Origin: an uncultured Nitrososphaeraceae archaeon | Lineage (GTDB): Archaea > Thermoproteota > Nitrososphaeria > Nitrososphaerales > Nitrososphaeraceae | DNA: 64,000 nucleotides | Reading direction: 5' to 3' | Assembly: GCA_963837175.1 (NCBI GenBank) | Contig: CAWIMJ010000008.1 | Span: 1-64,000 of the forward strand | Part shown: one piece after another, positions 34,078 through 46,178 of the stretch | Layout: the number at the start of each line of letters is the position of its first letter | How positions within the stretch are numbered: the first letter of the stretch is position 1 | Position numbers and translations under genes: made by a program | Notes under the pieces: generated by a model | The model's database searches: none | Told to the model about the DNA's origin: nothing | Seen by the model: only the letters and a program-made list of their open reading frames with translations

Positions 34078-35141
34078 ATGAGTCTTAAACCAAACGTTAT
34101 ATCAAAATTAGGAGTTATCCTATTATCCGCTATATTACTAACCGGAATATCCTTTATCCCTGTATTCCAAGCCGGGGTCTATGCGCAGAAGTTACAATCA
34201 CAACAACAAGCACCTCAGCAACGGAAGAATAATGTTGGGATTAGTCAACTAATAAAATAGATTGCACAACAAGTAGCAAACGGAACTGGTGCTCAACAAA
34301 CTCAGATTCTACAAACACTTAAACAAATAGCTCTTCAAATTTCTAATACAGAAGGAGGAGAAAGGGATAAGGTTGTGCATACTGTAAAAGTTATTCATGA
34401 TCATGTATCGAAGAATCACAAAGGTCGTGAATCAAAATCTATAGAAAGAATTACCATTTGCTACTTTAGCAATTGTCCTGGGGATACTTTTATTTACGCC
34501 CCTACATATAATTTTGATTCGCCTACATATAATTTCTATAATATTAGGACTTTAATAGCTCAAACTAGAGATCCAATAAATATACTAGGCGATGTAGCAA
34601 TTCAAGCAGCAGTAGGCTCACCAGGGACAGTACAGCGGTTAAACGAAATTACAGAGCAGGTGTCTCTTGAAAGTGGCGGTGATCCAGATGAGGTCAAAGG
34701 TGTAGTCCAAAATCTACCTCTTGAAACCTCGAACCAAGGAGGAAATACTCAAAAAGTTATAGATAATATCGCGAATGAGGTCAAACTACCTAACAATCCA
34801 GTTTCTAAATCATTAAACTCTCTTGCTATGGAAGAGAAACAAGGTAACTTTGAGGCTGTCAACATTAGCTGTAGAGAAAGTAGCGGAAGGCGTAGCTGGC
34901 GGTAATGATGTAGCACAAGTAGTAAAAACTGCAGCAGCTGAAGGAACAACAGGGGCAGCAGCATTAGAAGGTGAAGGAACAACAGAGACAGACACAGATG
35001 AAGGCAATGCGAGCTTTAGACTCAGGTGGCGGTGGAGGAGATAGTTCAGGCTCGAGCGACAGCGATAGCGGAGATTCTAGCAATTCATCTGATTCATCGA
35101 ATGGTGGTGGAGATGGAGGCGGCGGTGCAGAAGAACAATAG
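34078..35141 (+). pseudogene. Secreted helical-repeat protein with Ser/Gly/Asp tail; in-frame TAG at 34258-34260 and later frameshifts
   Basis: Reading past TAG gives IAQQVANG...QTLKQIALQIS in frame with ORF 34375-34905, then 34823-35044 and a DS-rich tail. Confidence 0.6.
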
Positions 35142-35214
35142 GTCTTAATGTCTAGCTCCATATCAGATAACAACTTCATCTATCTTTTGATTCGTATTCT
35201 TCCGGTTTAATCAT

Positions 35215-35591
35215 TCAGCCTTTTAGAAATCCAATAGTAAATCCTGCTGACATACTACTGTCAATCGGATACCAAAGCTTGTCATTGCTAACGAGGCTGT
35301 TGCAGCAGCCGCATGGTCATCAATATTACTACCTCCACTAATACTTGGAATCTGCATAATTAGATTTGAAAGTGTTATTAGTCCTCCTTCTGATACTGTT
35401 TGAAGTTTATTCCAGTTTACATTTAATATCTGATAATATTGGAGATATGCTAATCCAGCTAGAAATAATCCAATTATTACAGCTATTAATTTAATTACTT
35501 TCTTTAAAGCATAACCGATGAGTATTCCAGCAAAGAATCCCCCACCGCCCATAGTAGCTGCAGTTGGTATGAAACTATCAATAATGCTCAT
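35215..35591 (-). pseudogene. FUN14 family membrane protein, frameshift near C-terminus
   Basis: GGGFFAGILIGYALKKVIK...LAYLQY..ILNVNWNKL; terminal SAGFTIGFLKG* in another frame. Confidence 0.85.
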
Positions 35592-36124
35592 AATTCTAGA
35601 TACTGCTCCTTGGTTCAGTTGTCATTATGTAATGACTATTTTCATATCTTTAGTACTGCAGCATTCCTCTTTATAATAACAATGTCAAATATCAACATCC
35701 ATACTATGGATTGAAAACTAGTACTAGCGTATTTCATGCATAATGGGTCTTCTATATTTATTTGCTTATCTAGGGCCTTGACAACAATTAGTCTTTGTAG
35801 TAGCATATTTAATCTATTTGTTTACTACAAGAGCTATAGCTTTTGTAGTAGACTTTTCTATCCAATATTATATAGTCAACACAACTTGCAGCAGCATCTT
35901 TGCTTTATCCGACGACTTTTACAGCTTCTCTATCTGACGAAGACTTGACAGCATAAACCGGATAAGGAGTGACGAAGCACACTTTCTTTTACGTAGGGTT
36001 TTTACGTCAAAAAAATAGAATTGACGGAAAGGTAAGTTATACCTTAATCCTCACCGCAGAGTTCTATTGCAAGCCGATATAATCTGATCCCCCGCACAAG
36101 GTATATTCTTCCATTAGGCCATCT

Positions 36125-36976
36125 TTACTTTCCTTTTGTTGCATTTAGGATTAATTCGGCGGTCTGATCTGGTTGTGATACAAGCGAGGCATGGCTAGAG
36201 TTAACTGAGACAGTGGTAGCATTCATTTGTTTTGCGAAGAGACGTTCGGTATCAGGAGGAATCATGTGATCGGCCTCAGAAATTTGATACCATGTTGGTA
36301 ATTGCTTCCATGCTGGAGGGCCAGATTTCTCGCCAAAGATCGATTGATTAAAGGGCTTCTGCACAATAGCCATGATGTCAGCCTCAGTGGGATCAACATC
36401 TTGAGCAAAGGCTCCGGGGAACATGGCTGGGTTTAAGTAGATAAATCCTCCACTGTCGAGAATCAAGAGATCTTTCGGCAACTTTGTTGCGTCGACGAAA
36501 TCCGAGAGTGATTGCCCCTCATCTGGAGCAAATGCGGCAATGTAAACAAGTCCTGTGACATTGGGATTATTATAAGCAGCATTTGTGATCACCAATCCAC
36601 CATAAGAGTGTCCTACAAGAATCGTTGGTCCACCAAGTTGCTCAACTGCACGTTTTACTGTAGCGACATCATCTGCTAGAGAGTGGAGAGGAAGTTGAAC
36701 AGCGATAACACGATGTCCTGCGTTCTTTAGAATAGGAATTTCTTTGCTCCATGTAGATCCATCAGCCCAAGCTCCATGGACTAGAACAATATTAGTAGCG
36801 TTTGTTGTTGTCATAGCCGGTATACCCTGAGGTTGCATTAATGTCTTATTCTCTGGAGTAGCCAGCCCAACATTTGTGGTTGATGCAAGACTAGTGATGA
36901 TTGCAATACTTAGGCACAATAAAATTAAGACCTTTTGTTTTGATCTTATTCTATACATTTCATCGTTGCAATGCAT
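36125..36976 (-). CDS. Secreted alpha/beta hydrolase
   Basis: LVHGAWADGS, GHSYGG, D.MIPP, SSHAS; signal peptide. Confidence 0.9.
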   Translation of the reverse strand: MHCNDEMYRIRSKQKVLILLCLSIAIITSLASTTNVGLATPENKTLMQPQGIPAMTTTNATNIVLVHGAWADGSTWSKEIPILKNAGHRVIAVQLPLHSLADDVATVKRAVEQLGGPTILVGHSYGGLVITNAAYNNPNVTGLVYIAAFAPDEGQSLSDFVDATKLPKDLLILDSGGFIYLNPAMFPGAFAQDVDPTEADIMAIVQKPFNQSIFGEKSGPPAWKQLPTWYQISEADHMIPPDTERLFAKQMNATTVSVNSSHASLVSQPDQTAELILNATKGK

Positions 36977-37081
36977 TACCGCTTCAATTCACACACTTAT
37001 TATTAAAGAGTTGTTGCTAAGTGGTAAGATAGTCTATGTAGTTATTAGTATTGAACATAAGAGTACAAGTTGACTAACGCG

Positions 37082-38999
37082 TTATCTTATCTTTATCTTT
37101 ATTGCTCTTAAATAAGAGATAGAATCATTCTCAGCACCTATCATCAATGTATAATCTCCTGACTTTAACTCTGTTGAAGGTGTAAAGGTAAATGAAATCT
37201 CTTTTTCTTCTCCTGCATCCATCGAAATTGATTCCTTACTAAAATATCCTGTAGAATTTCCGAGATCTCCTGTAGAAGTAAATGTTCCTGATGAGATCAT
37301 ACGAATGTTATCTATATGTGAAGCAGAAGAAGATAATGATCGTGATTCTGCTATCGCTTTAACTCTGAATTTAATTTTTTCACTCTCATCTCTCTTCACT
37401 GTTAATTCTTTATCTGATTTGTAAATATCTACTGAAAATGGCAAGTTTTTGTCGTTATCTGATTCTAATCTGCCAATCTTATTTTCTGACCATTCTGTAA
37501 ACCAAATCTCATCATCATCACGATCTTGTCCTATAGAGAACTGCAATACATTGGCAATTCCGCATGTCTGGTTGCTGCTACTATTATTATTGATACTATT
37601 ACTATCAATGTTATTGCTGTTGTTGTCATAATTAGAACAGACACCCCATAACCTGTTCTGTGTTGGAACCCAATACTCAATTAGTTTCATATTTGAAGGA
37701 TCAAATTTAGCTATCTTATTTCCTTGTTGTTCATTAAACCATATAGACCCTTCATTTGATTTCTTAATCCATGATGGTTGAGTATAACTGTTTTTGTAAA
37801 TACTGCTAAGATTGCTATTGTTATTAATAGTATTTCTATGACCAAAAACCCTGGAAGAAGTTTTTGATGTTACAAACTTTAGTATATTATTAATATTATT
37901 ATTATCATCATCATCCTTACCTTCTGGATCTAACTTGTAAAATATACTTGTACCTGGATTTGTAATCCATAAATCACCGTCATGATGATGGACATCATCT
38001 ACAACTATTCCCCAAGGAGAGCTTATTCCCTGCTGCCTGGTGCTCTTCAGACAAATTATATACATTAAAAGATTCTGTGTCTAAATCATATTTGAAAATT
38101 TGACCTCTCTGTGCTGCATAAGATAGTACTGAAATCCATATTGCATTTCTTTTATTATCAAATGCAATTGATCCAGTAGTAATATAAACTGGGTCTATTC
38201 CTTTAAATCCTTCCTCAATAGGAATATGAATTTGAGAAATTCCTTCCGATGTTCCATTCTTCATTTCAGCTATATCTGCAATCCATAGTGAAGGAGAATA
38301 TGTACCTACAAAATAAATAATATTCTCATTGTTCGGATCAAATTCAATTGATATTGGATAGGTCGTGCCAAATGACTCTGATTCACCTGGGATGTGGTAT
38401 TTTTCAAATGTTTTTGAAGATTTAATATATCTCCATATTGCATTTTGCTGTTCATCTGTAAACCATACATCTCCTCCTCCTCCTTTTCTTCTGTTATCTA
38501 TCTCTATATCCCATACCTGTGAGAACTCACTCTGACTCTCACGTACTTTCCATTCTGGGATGCGCTCTGCTTGATTAAATTTGTCTTTTTTTAAATCGTA
38601 GCTTCCTAAAAGACCTTTTTTTGTTGATATATACCAAACCTTGTTATCTACATCGTCAATTGCTATCCCTAATGGCATTTCACAAGTTTGTGGAAGGACA
38701 TATTCAATTATGTATTGATTGGAATTGGATTCTGAATTAACACCACAAAATCCCCTCTGAAAAGTTTCAAGTTTGTTGGTTAGCTCCTCTGTTGCTTGTT
38801 TTCGCTTCCCTATATTATCCTCATTAAGATTTGTCTCATTTGTCCCTAATTTCTGCTTGATGGCTTTATCTTCGTGTTCTTTATCCATCAGCTCGGCAGA
38901 TGCAGATGTAGCTGGCGCTGTGAGCACTTGAGTGAAGAGTATTAAACTAACTATCACCACTCCTATCGGATGACAAATAACAAACAGATTTAGCTGCAT
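37082..38999 (-). pseudogene. Secreted Vgb-lyase-like beta-propeller with C-terminal Ig-like domain, frameshift near 38030
   Basis: PLGIAID, VWFTDE, IWFNEQQGNKIAKFDP, IWFTEWSENKIG; split into ORFs 37995-38999 and 37082-38065. Confidence 0.8.
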
Positions 39000-39146
39000 C
39001 TTGATTATACCCCTATACTGTTATCATAATATTTGGATTGAAGATAAAATGACCTATGAATAGGTTACTGTCTTTAACTACTAATTGGTATTATTTAGTG
39101 TACACACATAGAAATCTAATTAGTGAAATGCTTACTTCTTTTATCG

Positions 39147-39512
39147 TCATCCTTTGATAAATCCAATAGTAAATCCGGCTGATATACTACCTGTAAGAGG
39201 AATACCAAAGCTAGTCATTGCTAGTGAGGCTGTTGTTGCAGCAGCATGACTATCGGCAGTACCACTTATACCTGGAATCTGTGTACTTAAATTTGCTAGT
39301 GTTGTAATAGCACTTTCAGACATCTGCTGAAGTTTATTCCAGTTTATGTTAGCTATCTGATGATATTGTAAATAAGCTAATCCAGCCAAGAATAATCCGA
39401 CTATTACAGCTACTAATTTAATTACTTTCTTCAACGCATAACCAATTAGAACACCTACAAAGAAGCCGCCTCCCATAGCAGCTGCTGTTGGTCCGAGGCT
39501 TTCAATGCTCAT
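39147..39512 (-). CDS. FUN14 family membrane protein
   Basis: GGGFFVGVLIGYALKKVIK...FGIPLTGSISAGFTIGFIKG. Confidence 0.88.
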   Translation of the reverse strand: MSIESLGPTAAAMGGGFFVGVLIGYALKKVIKLVAVIVGLFLAGLAYLQYHQIANINWNKLQQMSESAITTLANLSTQIPGISGTADSHAAATTASLAMTSFGIPLTGSISAGFTIGFIKG

Positions 39513-39515
39513 ATT

Positions 39516-39790
39516 TTAAATGCTACTCCTTAGATTAGTTGTAATTATCATTATGCTATGACTGCTACTACTTAGATACCTCTGTAGTGATACAGTCCTG
39601 TATATAGTAACGTTAACAGCTATGATCATCCAGTCTATGGAATGAAAACTGGTAATAGCATCTTTTGCGTAAAACGTATCTTCAATATCTATTTGCCATT
39701 CTAAGGCTTTGACAATTTGACATTGTTGTAGCATGTAATCAATTTTGTCTATAAAAGCTATAGCTTTTGTAATAGACTTTTCTATTCAAT
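39516..39790 (-). CDS. Small hypothetical ORF conserved upstream of both FUN14 copies
   Basis: KALEWQIDIEDTFYAKDAITSFHSIDW versus KALDKQINIEDPLCMKYASTSFQSIVW at about 35690-35860. Confidence 0.4.
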
Positions 39791-40390
39791 ATTAATAGAA
39801 TTATAATCAACATAACTTTGCATCGGTGTCTTTGGTTTATCCTTCCTCTCACTCTCTCTTGGGTACATCAAATCTTATTTTGCGTGATAAATGACGATAC
39901 ATTATTGAAGTCGAACGAACCACAATCAGGATCACCCCTATTAAGAACACTCGAGGACATCCTCTATAACAGAATCAAGCAGAAGAAAGTGGAAATAAGC
40001 CCCTCAGATTAAACCTTTGACAGACAAGATATTGACAGAGATAGAGATATTGCAACGGGTATTGGGACAGAGTGTTTCTATCATAAGACGAGTCGGCAAT
40101 GAGCGATATTACTACTAATAGGACCAGGGGAAATATGGAGTGAACAAATAGATATTGAGAAGAGGAACAGAGCTTGATAAGTAGGAGATTAACTGGCTTT
40201 GCTACTACTACTATATAATAGAAGTAATAATCATATCCCGTACTATATATTACTGATATATGATCTTCTCCTTAATCCCTACTAAATACTATGAATAATA
40301 CAATTACTTTTGCCGCATATATGAGTTGAAAGAAGCATATATTGTTTCCAGACAGTAACTTTTTTTTATCTGTACGTGCTGGTATGGATT

Positions 40391-40519
40391 ATGGAAACAA
40401 AAGGAGATGAGCATCTACACCACCCATTATGTGAGATTTGCCAAAAGGAATTTAAAAGTACCCATGAATTAAGTATACACATAGATCAAGTTCATAGGAG
40501 CAAAGATAGAACATCATAG
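40391..40519 (+). CDS. C2H2 zinc-finger microprotein (42 aa)
   Basis: METKGDEHLHHPLCEICQKEFKSTHELSIHIDQVHRSKDRTS. Confidence 0.7.
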   Translation: METKGDEHLHHPLCEICQKEFKSTHELSIHIDQVHRSKDRTS

Positions 40520-40950
40520 CAATAAGATCATCCTTTTTATTCCCTGAAAAGCACAATTTACAATACACAGAGAAAGACAAAAAGACAGATTAAATATATG
40601 CAACTTGGCTTAATATGGTTAATTAAGTAAAACAAGAAAATAGGAGATCTTCGCGAGAATATCAAGCAACGAAGTATCAAAAAAGGGCATAGGAGATTAG
40701 TAAACCTCTAGTGAATTATATATTTAGTCAATGATCAAATATACGCTTTTGATCGGTAATCTACAACGAAGAGAATCCGATTTGGAGTCATGTCGTTCGA
40801 GATTCATCATTCCAGAATTAATTGGCTTCGCTTGTTCCGGCATAATGATATATTATGGACGGTCAAGAAAAAAGTAATGAAAACAGAATATTCCTTATAC
40901 AAAATGATTTATTGTAATATGACTTTTTGTTTTAGGTTTGATATAGATAT

Positions 40951-42640
40951 ATGGTAAAAGAGAAAAAAGGAGAAGTCAACATCAAAGATAATGTTGACAA
41001 ACCAGCAGCAGCAGCATCGCGATCGCTACCCATATCAAATAATACTTCAGCTAAGAAGAACACGATATCTACTTCCGCATGGTTGACTTTGGCTATTTTG
41101 GGTTCGTCTATCTTACTTACTATGTATGGCGAGACGATGTTATTACCTGCTGTTCCTGACATTATAACAGAATTTAACATTTCTTACAATACCTCCTCCT
41201 GGATACTTACTGCATATCTTATTGCTGGTGCTGTTATGACTCCGATTAGTGGAAAGCTTTCAGACATTTATGGAAGAAAGAAAATGGTATTGATTATAAT
41301 GGTGATTTATATTATCGGTATTTTTCTTGGAGGATTATCTTCGAACATAACAATTCTTATTATTTCGAGAATAATTCAAGGCATTGGTATTTCTATGTTC
41401 CCTATAGCGTTTGGTATTGTAAGAGACCAATTTCCACCAGAAAAGCTTGCAATAGGTGTGGGAACATTTAGCGCTATGTTTGCTGCTGGCTCTGTAGTGG
41501 GCTTAGCAATAGGAGGAAGTATAATCCAGCACTTTGGATGGCGAATGACATTTCTCTCGATAATCCCTATTGCTATTCTATTATGGTTTATAATTAAAAG
41601 GTTCATCTATGACGCTAATACTAATCAAGAAGAAGTAATACAAAATTCTTCATTAGAAAAAAGTAAGTCTATTCCTTCCTCCACCATTGAACGAACATAC
41701 AGGTACTAATGTTGATTGTAATAGATTAAACGATTTGAAAAGTGTTTCCAACACCAAATCGATCGACATAAAAGGTGCAATAACTTTAGCTGCTGCAATA
41801 ACCTCATTTCTAATTGTTCTCTCTTATTTGGAAATGGGTATTAGCACTATTGGTGCAGGCCGAGATGGGGAAGATAGCAGTAGCACTCCAATTCATCTCA
41901 TTGTAGGCTTCGTTATTATAGGAATTATTTCATTAATGTCATTTATAATTATAGAAAAGAAGACGAAATCACCATTGATTGATTTTAAGTTGTTAAATAA
42001 TAAAATTATTCTTCTTGCCAACTTCTTATTGCTAATTAGCTTTCTTACAATGTTCACAGTATATCAAACTATACCTATTCTAGTAAGGAGTCCTTTTCCA
42101 GTAGGAGGATTCGAAGGAGATGCAATAACTACAGCAAATATCCAGCTTCCATTTATGATTGTATTTCTATTATTTGCTCCTTCTTCTGGCTTTGTAATTT
42201 CCAAATTAGGAAATATAAAACCCACGCTTATAGGAACTATAATTAGCACGATAGGATTCTTTTGTATATTTCTTTTACATTCTACAGAGACTATGTTAGC
42301 AGGAACGCTGGCTATAATAGCAACCGGATTATCATTGACACAGGTTGGAGGATTTAATATCGTCCTTGAATCTACACCAAGACAATTCAGTGGAATATCC
42401 CTTGGCATGACAGTTCTGTTAAACCTTATTGGAGGAGCAATAGGGCCTGCTATTGCAGGAATATATATGCAGACAAATCAAGTATTTGTCAATGGTTCTT
42501 TATTTCCATCTTCACAATCCTACAATCTGATATTTGTCACTGCTCCTCTGGTCTCATTGATATCCGTTATCCTTGCATTACTTATCAAGAAAGGAAGCAT
42601 CTCAAATGCCAAAAGTACTCCAATGGAGGAGGTACATTAA
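40951..42640 (+). pseudogene. MFS transporter (DHA2/14-TM type), frameshift near 41690
   Basis: GKLSDIYGRKK motif A, RIIQGIG; second half in ORF 41687-42640. Confidence 0.88.
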
Positions 42641-42999
42641 GTGGATAGTAAATAGAAGTAAGGTATCTAATACTGTATATATAATATCTACATATATATC
42701 AAATATGCACAACACTAGTATTCATACATGATTTACACATTAGATTCAGATAGTGATATTTGTCAACACTGAGCATTCTAAATTATAGATAGTTAAATAT
42801 AGATAGTATTGGATAAATCATGAAATCTGTTAAATAATGTGATATTTAATCATTGATTTTTATAGAGAGATACACGAATTATTTAAGAATTTTACATGAC
42901 TCAATTCTGGGAGATATCAGCCCTTATATTGATTTAAAATAACCATGTTAAGCTTAGTTTAAGTACTCATATTGCATCTCAATATCTCGAAATACTACG

Positions 43000-43164
43000 A
43001 TGGTGTTATTTTTTAAAAGAAATAAAAAGGAAAAGGACGATAATAGATCCGTCACATGCAAGCATTGTGATATGCGATTTGAAGATAAGGAGCGATTAAA
43101 GGTGCACTCCAGAAAAGCTCATACTGGAAGAGGTGAGAGAAAAAAGAAGGATCATGGATTTTAA
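43000..43164 (+). CDS. C2H2 zinc-finger microprotein (54 aa)
   Basis: MVLFFKRNKK...VTCKHCDMRFEDKERLKVHSRKAHTGRGERKKK. Confidence 0.75.
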   Translation: MVLFFKRNKKEKDDNRSVTCKHCDMRFEDKERLKVHSRKAHTGRGERKKKDHGF

Positions 43165-43605
43165 AACGCCGATTCTACAAAACGTCCAATTATAATGGAA
43201 TCACTAAATGATGAGATGAGATATTATTGTCTCTTATATTCTATATATCTTAACAAGTTACTTTATCGATAATAAATAGTTCTTATCAAGACATCTCCGT
43301 TTAAATTTTATTTTATGATTGTTATAAAGTTTAAGCTCTTGTGGAAATTTATACCCTATGATAGCGGCTATTTAGTATAGTTGCAGTCAGAGTTGTCATG
43401 GATGTGATATAGACTGAAATGCTGATATTCACATATTAGTGGACAGAGCAAAAAAATTATCTTATGCATAGGAACCTAGACCTTGAATAGAAAAAACAAC
43501 ATTTTATTTCAGAATACTCCAGTATATTTTTATTTTAATAATGTCGATTAACTATGTTAATCATTACCTAAATATCATGTGTTTTCTATGTGATGACAAT
43601 GAGAC

Positions 43606-44004
43606 ATGGGCTTCGAAGATAATGATGTAAGATTCAAGGCATCACGCCGTGATATCCTTAGCCTAGTTGATGGCTTTATAGAGCGGGTGTTTCAGATAAG
43701 AAAAACATTTCTAAGAGTTTCTCTTTCGGCTGTAATATTAGCACCTCTGGCAATAGCACTTTCAACCTTCCTATTATTACATCCTTCATTCTTTGCTGTC
43801 CTGGAAATAGAAAATGAGTTTGGATTCGCTCTGTGTTTATTGTTAGGTGCAGTTATTATTATTTCGTCTATATGGCTGATAACAGGAATTAGACAATATC
43901 TTTTGATAAATTCTTGGAACAAAAGGTTCAATGAATATTTAAAAGAAAAGCAAGAAATAGATAGCAATATTGCATCACAATATGGTTCAGGTCAAAATGA
44001 TTAA
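43606..44004 (+). CDS. Two-TM membrane protein
   Basis: Two hydrophobic helices and charged coiled tail. Confidence 0.65.
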   Translation: MGFEDNDVRFKASRRDILSLVDGFIERVFQIRKTFLRVSLSAVILAPLAIALSTFLLLHPSFFAVLEIENEFGFALCLLLGAVIIISSIWLITGIRQYLLINSWNKRFNEYLKEKQEIDSNIASQYGSGQND

Positions 44005-44054
44005 AAAACGCATTACAATCTTTTTGTCTTACTTTAATCTTCTTTAACATAAGT

Positions 44055-44340
44055 GGCATGTCTTCTTTTACGGAATATTTCTTTTATTATATGGCACTCT
44101 AAATTACTTCTACAACATTCCATTCCTGTCGTTCTAGATTTATAAATTGTAACTCTTCTCTTATCAAATTGTGTTTCATCTTTTCTTATCAATTAATATC
44201 ACTCCAAGTCACCAAGAGTTGGGCTTGTTTTTTATTTAAGTCACCGATTCTTATTAATGCTGTCTGGTTTAGTTCACTATACTCTAGTAGTTTTAATATT
44301 ACATCTTTAATGATATAGAACCTGTCTCTCTATCTGACTC
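44055..44340 (-). pseudogene. Winged-helix regulator pseudogene
   Basis: RDRFYIIKDVILKLLEYSELNQTALI...KRRVTIYKS..TG. Confidence 0.55.
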
Positions 44341-44588
44341 TGGAGAAGCAGACAGAGTGGTGATTAAACTTATTTATAAGCTGGAAGTATAATAATTGAG
44401 TTAACTCAAGATGATATTTTATTAGGCCACATATAATCCTCTGACTTCATAATGGGTAGTAGGTTGGCAACTCCTGCCAACTGTTTATCAAAGAGAGTGT
44501 TTTAGGCAATTCCTTTACAATTGTACTCATGGTCTGGTGTGATTCCGTGCTATTACTATTTGTATAGATGTTATCGAGGTGATATTGG

Positions 44589-45701
44589 TTATGTTACTAT
44601 TAGACGGAACTTTGCATTCTCTACAAAATCTCCATTAGTACCGCCGGAAACTGCATCTACACTTACAAGAACATCCACAGGTCCTACTTTATCGAATTTT
44701 ACTATTTGAGTGCCATTTCCATTTAGAGCTTTTTGATCCTTAACATCTTTAAGAACAGTACCATTGGAGTCTGTGATCACAAAACTATAGCTAACATCTT
44801 TAATTAGAGATTGCGAGTTGTCCATGAAAAGTACGCCAAACTTTGTATCATTACCAGCTTCTATTAATTTTGGCTCCCAAAATAACTTTATGTAATATGT
44901 TCCACGGGCTGTTTGTAAGGTTAGGGGGGGTTTTGGAATCTCTATTTGAGTTTTAGGCGTCGTAGGCTGCCCTTGACCTATTGCTAAAAGGTCAAATGTA
45001 TACTGAATAGGAGCAATCCCTGTCGTTACATCTGCAAAGGTTTGTGCTTTGACAGGATAAGGAAGATCCTTGTTTATCCAAATGTGATTGTCAACTCCCT
45101 TATGCCAAGTAATTACCTTGGTATCAAATGTGCCTGCCGGTAGCGTTACCTTTGCAGTTCCGCTTGGACCAATTGCTGAACCTCCTATGGCTGCAATTTT
45201 ACCCCAATACGCAGCACTCAATGACTGACCAGGTTTTGGAACAAATGAAGCAAGCCATTGTAGCGAATTAGCATAAGCATTTCTATAAGGCGACATTTCT
45301 TTTGGGATAGATGATGTTCCTAAAGCAGTTAAATCCAGAGCACTTAACTTGAAGGTGCCAGATATAACCTTTCCCTGATCGACAACGAACACTGGAGCAA
45401 TCCAATTTCCAGTTTTATCTAGTTGTTTAAACCAAATTGTCATTTCAAAAGGTTGGCCCTCATTAGTATCGTGTTCACTAATTTTGTATGTAAGATACAT
45501 ATTTGGTTTAGCACCTTGGCCGAGGAACCAGTTACTGTCATCTGCAGCATAAACATTTTTTATCCCAAGTGAACCAATTGTAATGTTTGTCATAATAGCA
45601 GAAATAATCAATGCAGCCACTAAAGCAAAAGAAAAGGAAGGTCTACTTTTCTTACCGACAATCTCAGTACGATCTGCTATCAATTTATTATGCATCGCCA
45701 C
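44589..45701 (-). CDS. Secreted conserved thaumarchaeal protein with C-terminal Ig-like domain
   Basis: 370-aa ORF, signal peptide ending NVYA, divergent from znuA-like gene. Confidence 0.7.
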   Translation of the reverse strand: MAMHNKLIADRTEIVGKKSRPSFSFALVAALIISAIMTNITIGSLGIKNVYAADDSNWFLGQGAKPNMYLTYKISEHDTNEGQPFEMTIWFKQLDKTGNWIAPVFVVDQGKVISGTFKLSALDLTALGTSSIPKEMSPYRNAYANSLQWLASFVPKPGQSLSAAYWGKIAAIGGSAIGPSGTAKVTLPAGTFDTKVITWHKGVDNHIWINKDLPYPVKAQTFADVTTGIAPIQYTFDLLAIGQGQPTTPKTQIEIPKPPLTLQTARGTYYIKLFWEPKLIEAGNDTKFGVLFMDNSQSLIKDVSYSFVITDSNGTVLKDVKDQKALNGNGTQIVKFDKVGPVDVLVSVDAVSGGTNGDFVENAKFRLIVT

Positions 45702-46178
45702 AAATTGGAACTCTTTGATGGCTCTATGGTCCTATGGCTATTTGGCTCAACTTTACCTATAGATTCTCCAGGACTATTTTTACATGTGAAAAGGAAATGT
45801 AGTTCCCCTGAGAAATATTTCATAATGTATATTATACATTTGTATTTTTAAGTATCGCTTAACTTTGTTAACTTCCGAACTTTCTTTCTGTTGAGCCAGA
45901 GAGATACCTGATTAATATTAATCAGTCTTTTTGCATTGCTGAATGCTATTACTGCAAGATACTCTAGATCTGATGCTAGTATTTTATTGCAGCGGCGGTA
46001 CTGCTGGAGGAGCTGCTGCTCGGTATGTGTGATGTTACTCTACTCCATAAACTCTTTTTAGTCCAATCGTAATTAGATACCTTCAGCGCTTCAGCAGAGC
46101 TATTATTAATTCCTTTTATATTTAACAATAAATGTTATTAACATAAATTTATATATTTATTAATTATTATGTTACGAC

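Noticed and set aside
6284-34260. Stop-codon recoding (Pyl/Sec) at in-frame stops near 6284, 6510, 27932, 34258
   Set aside because: Stops are of all three types and co-occur with frameshifts; ordinary nonsense mutations are more parsimonious
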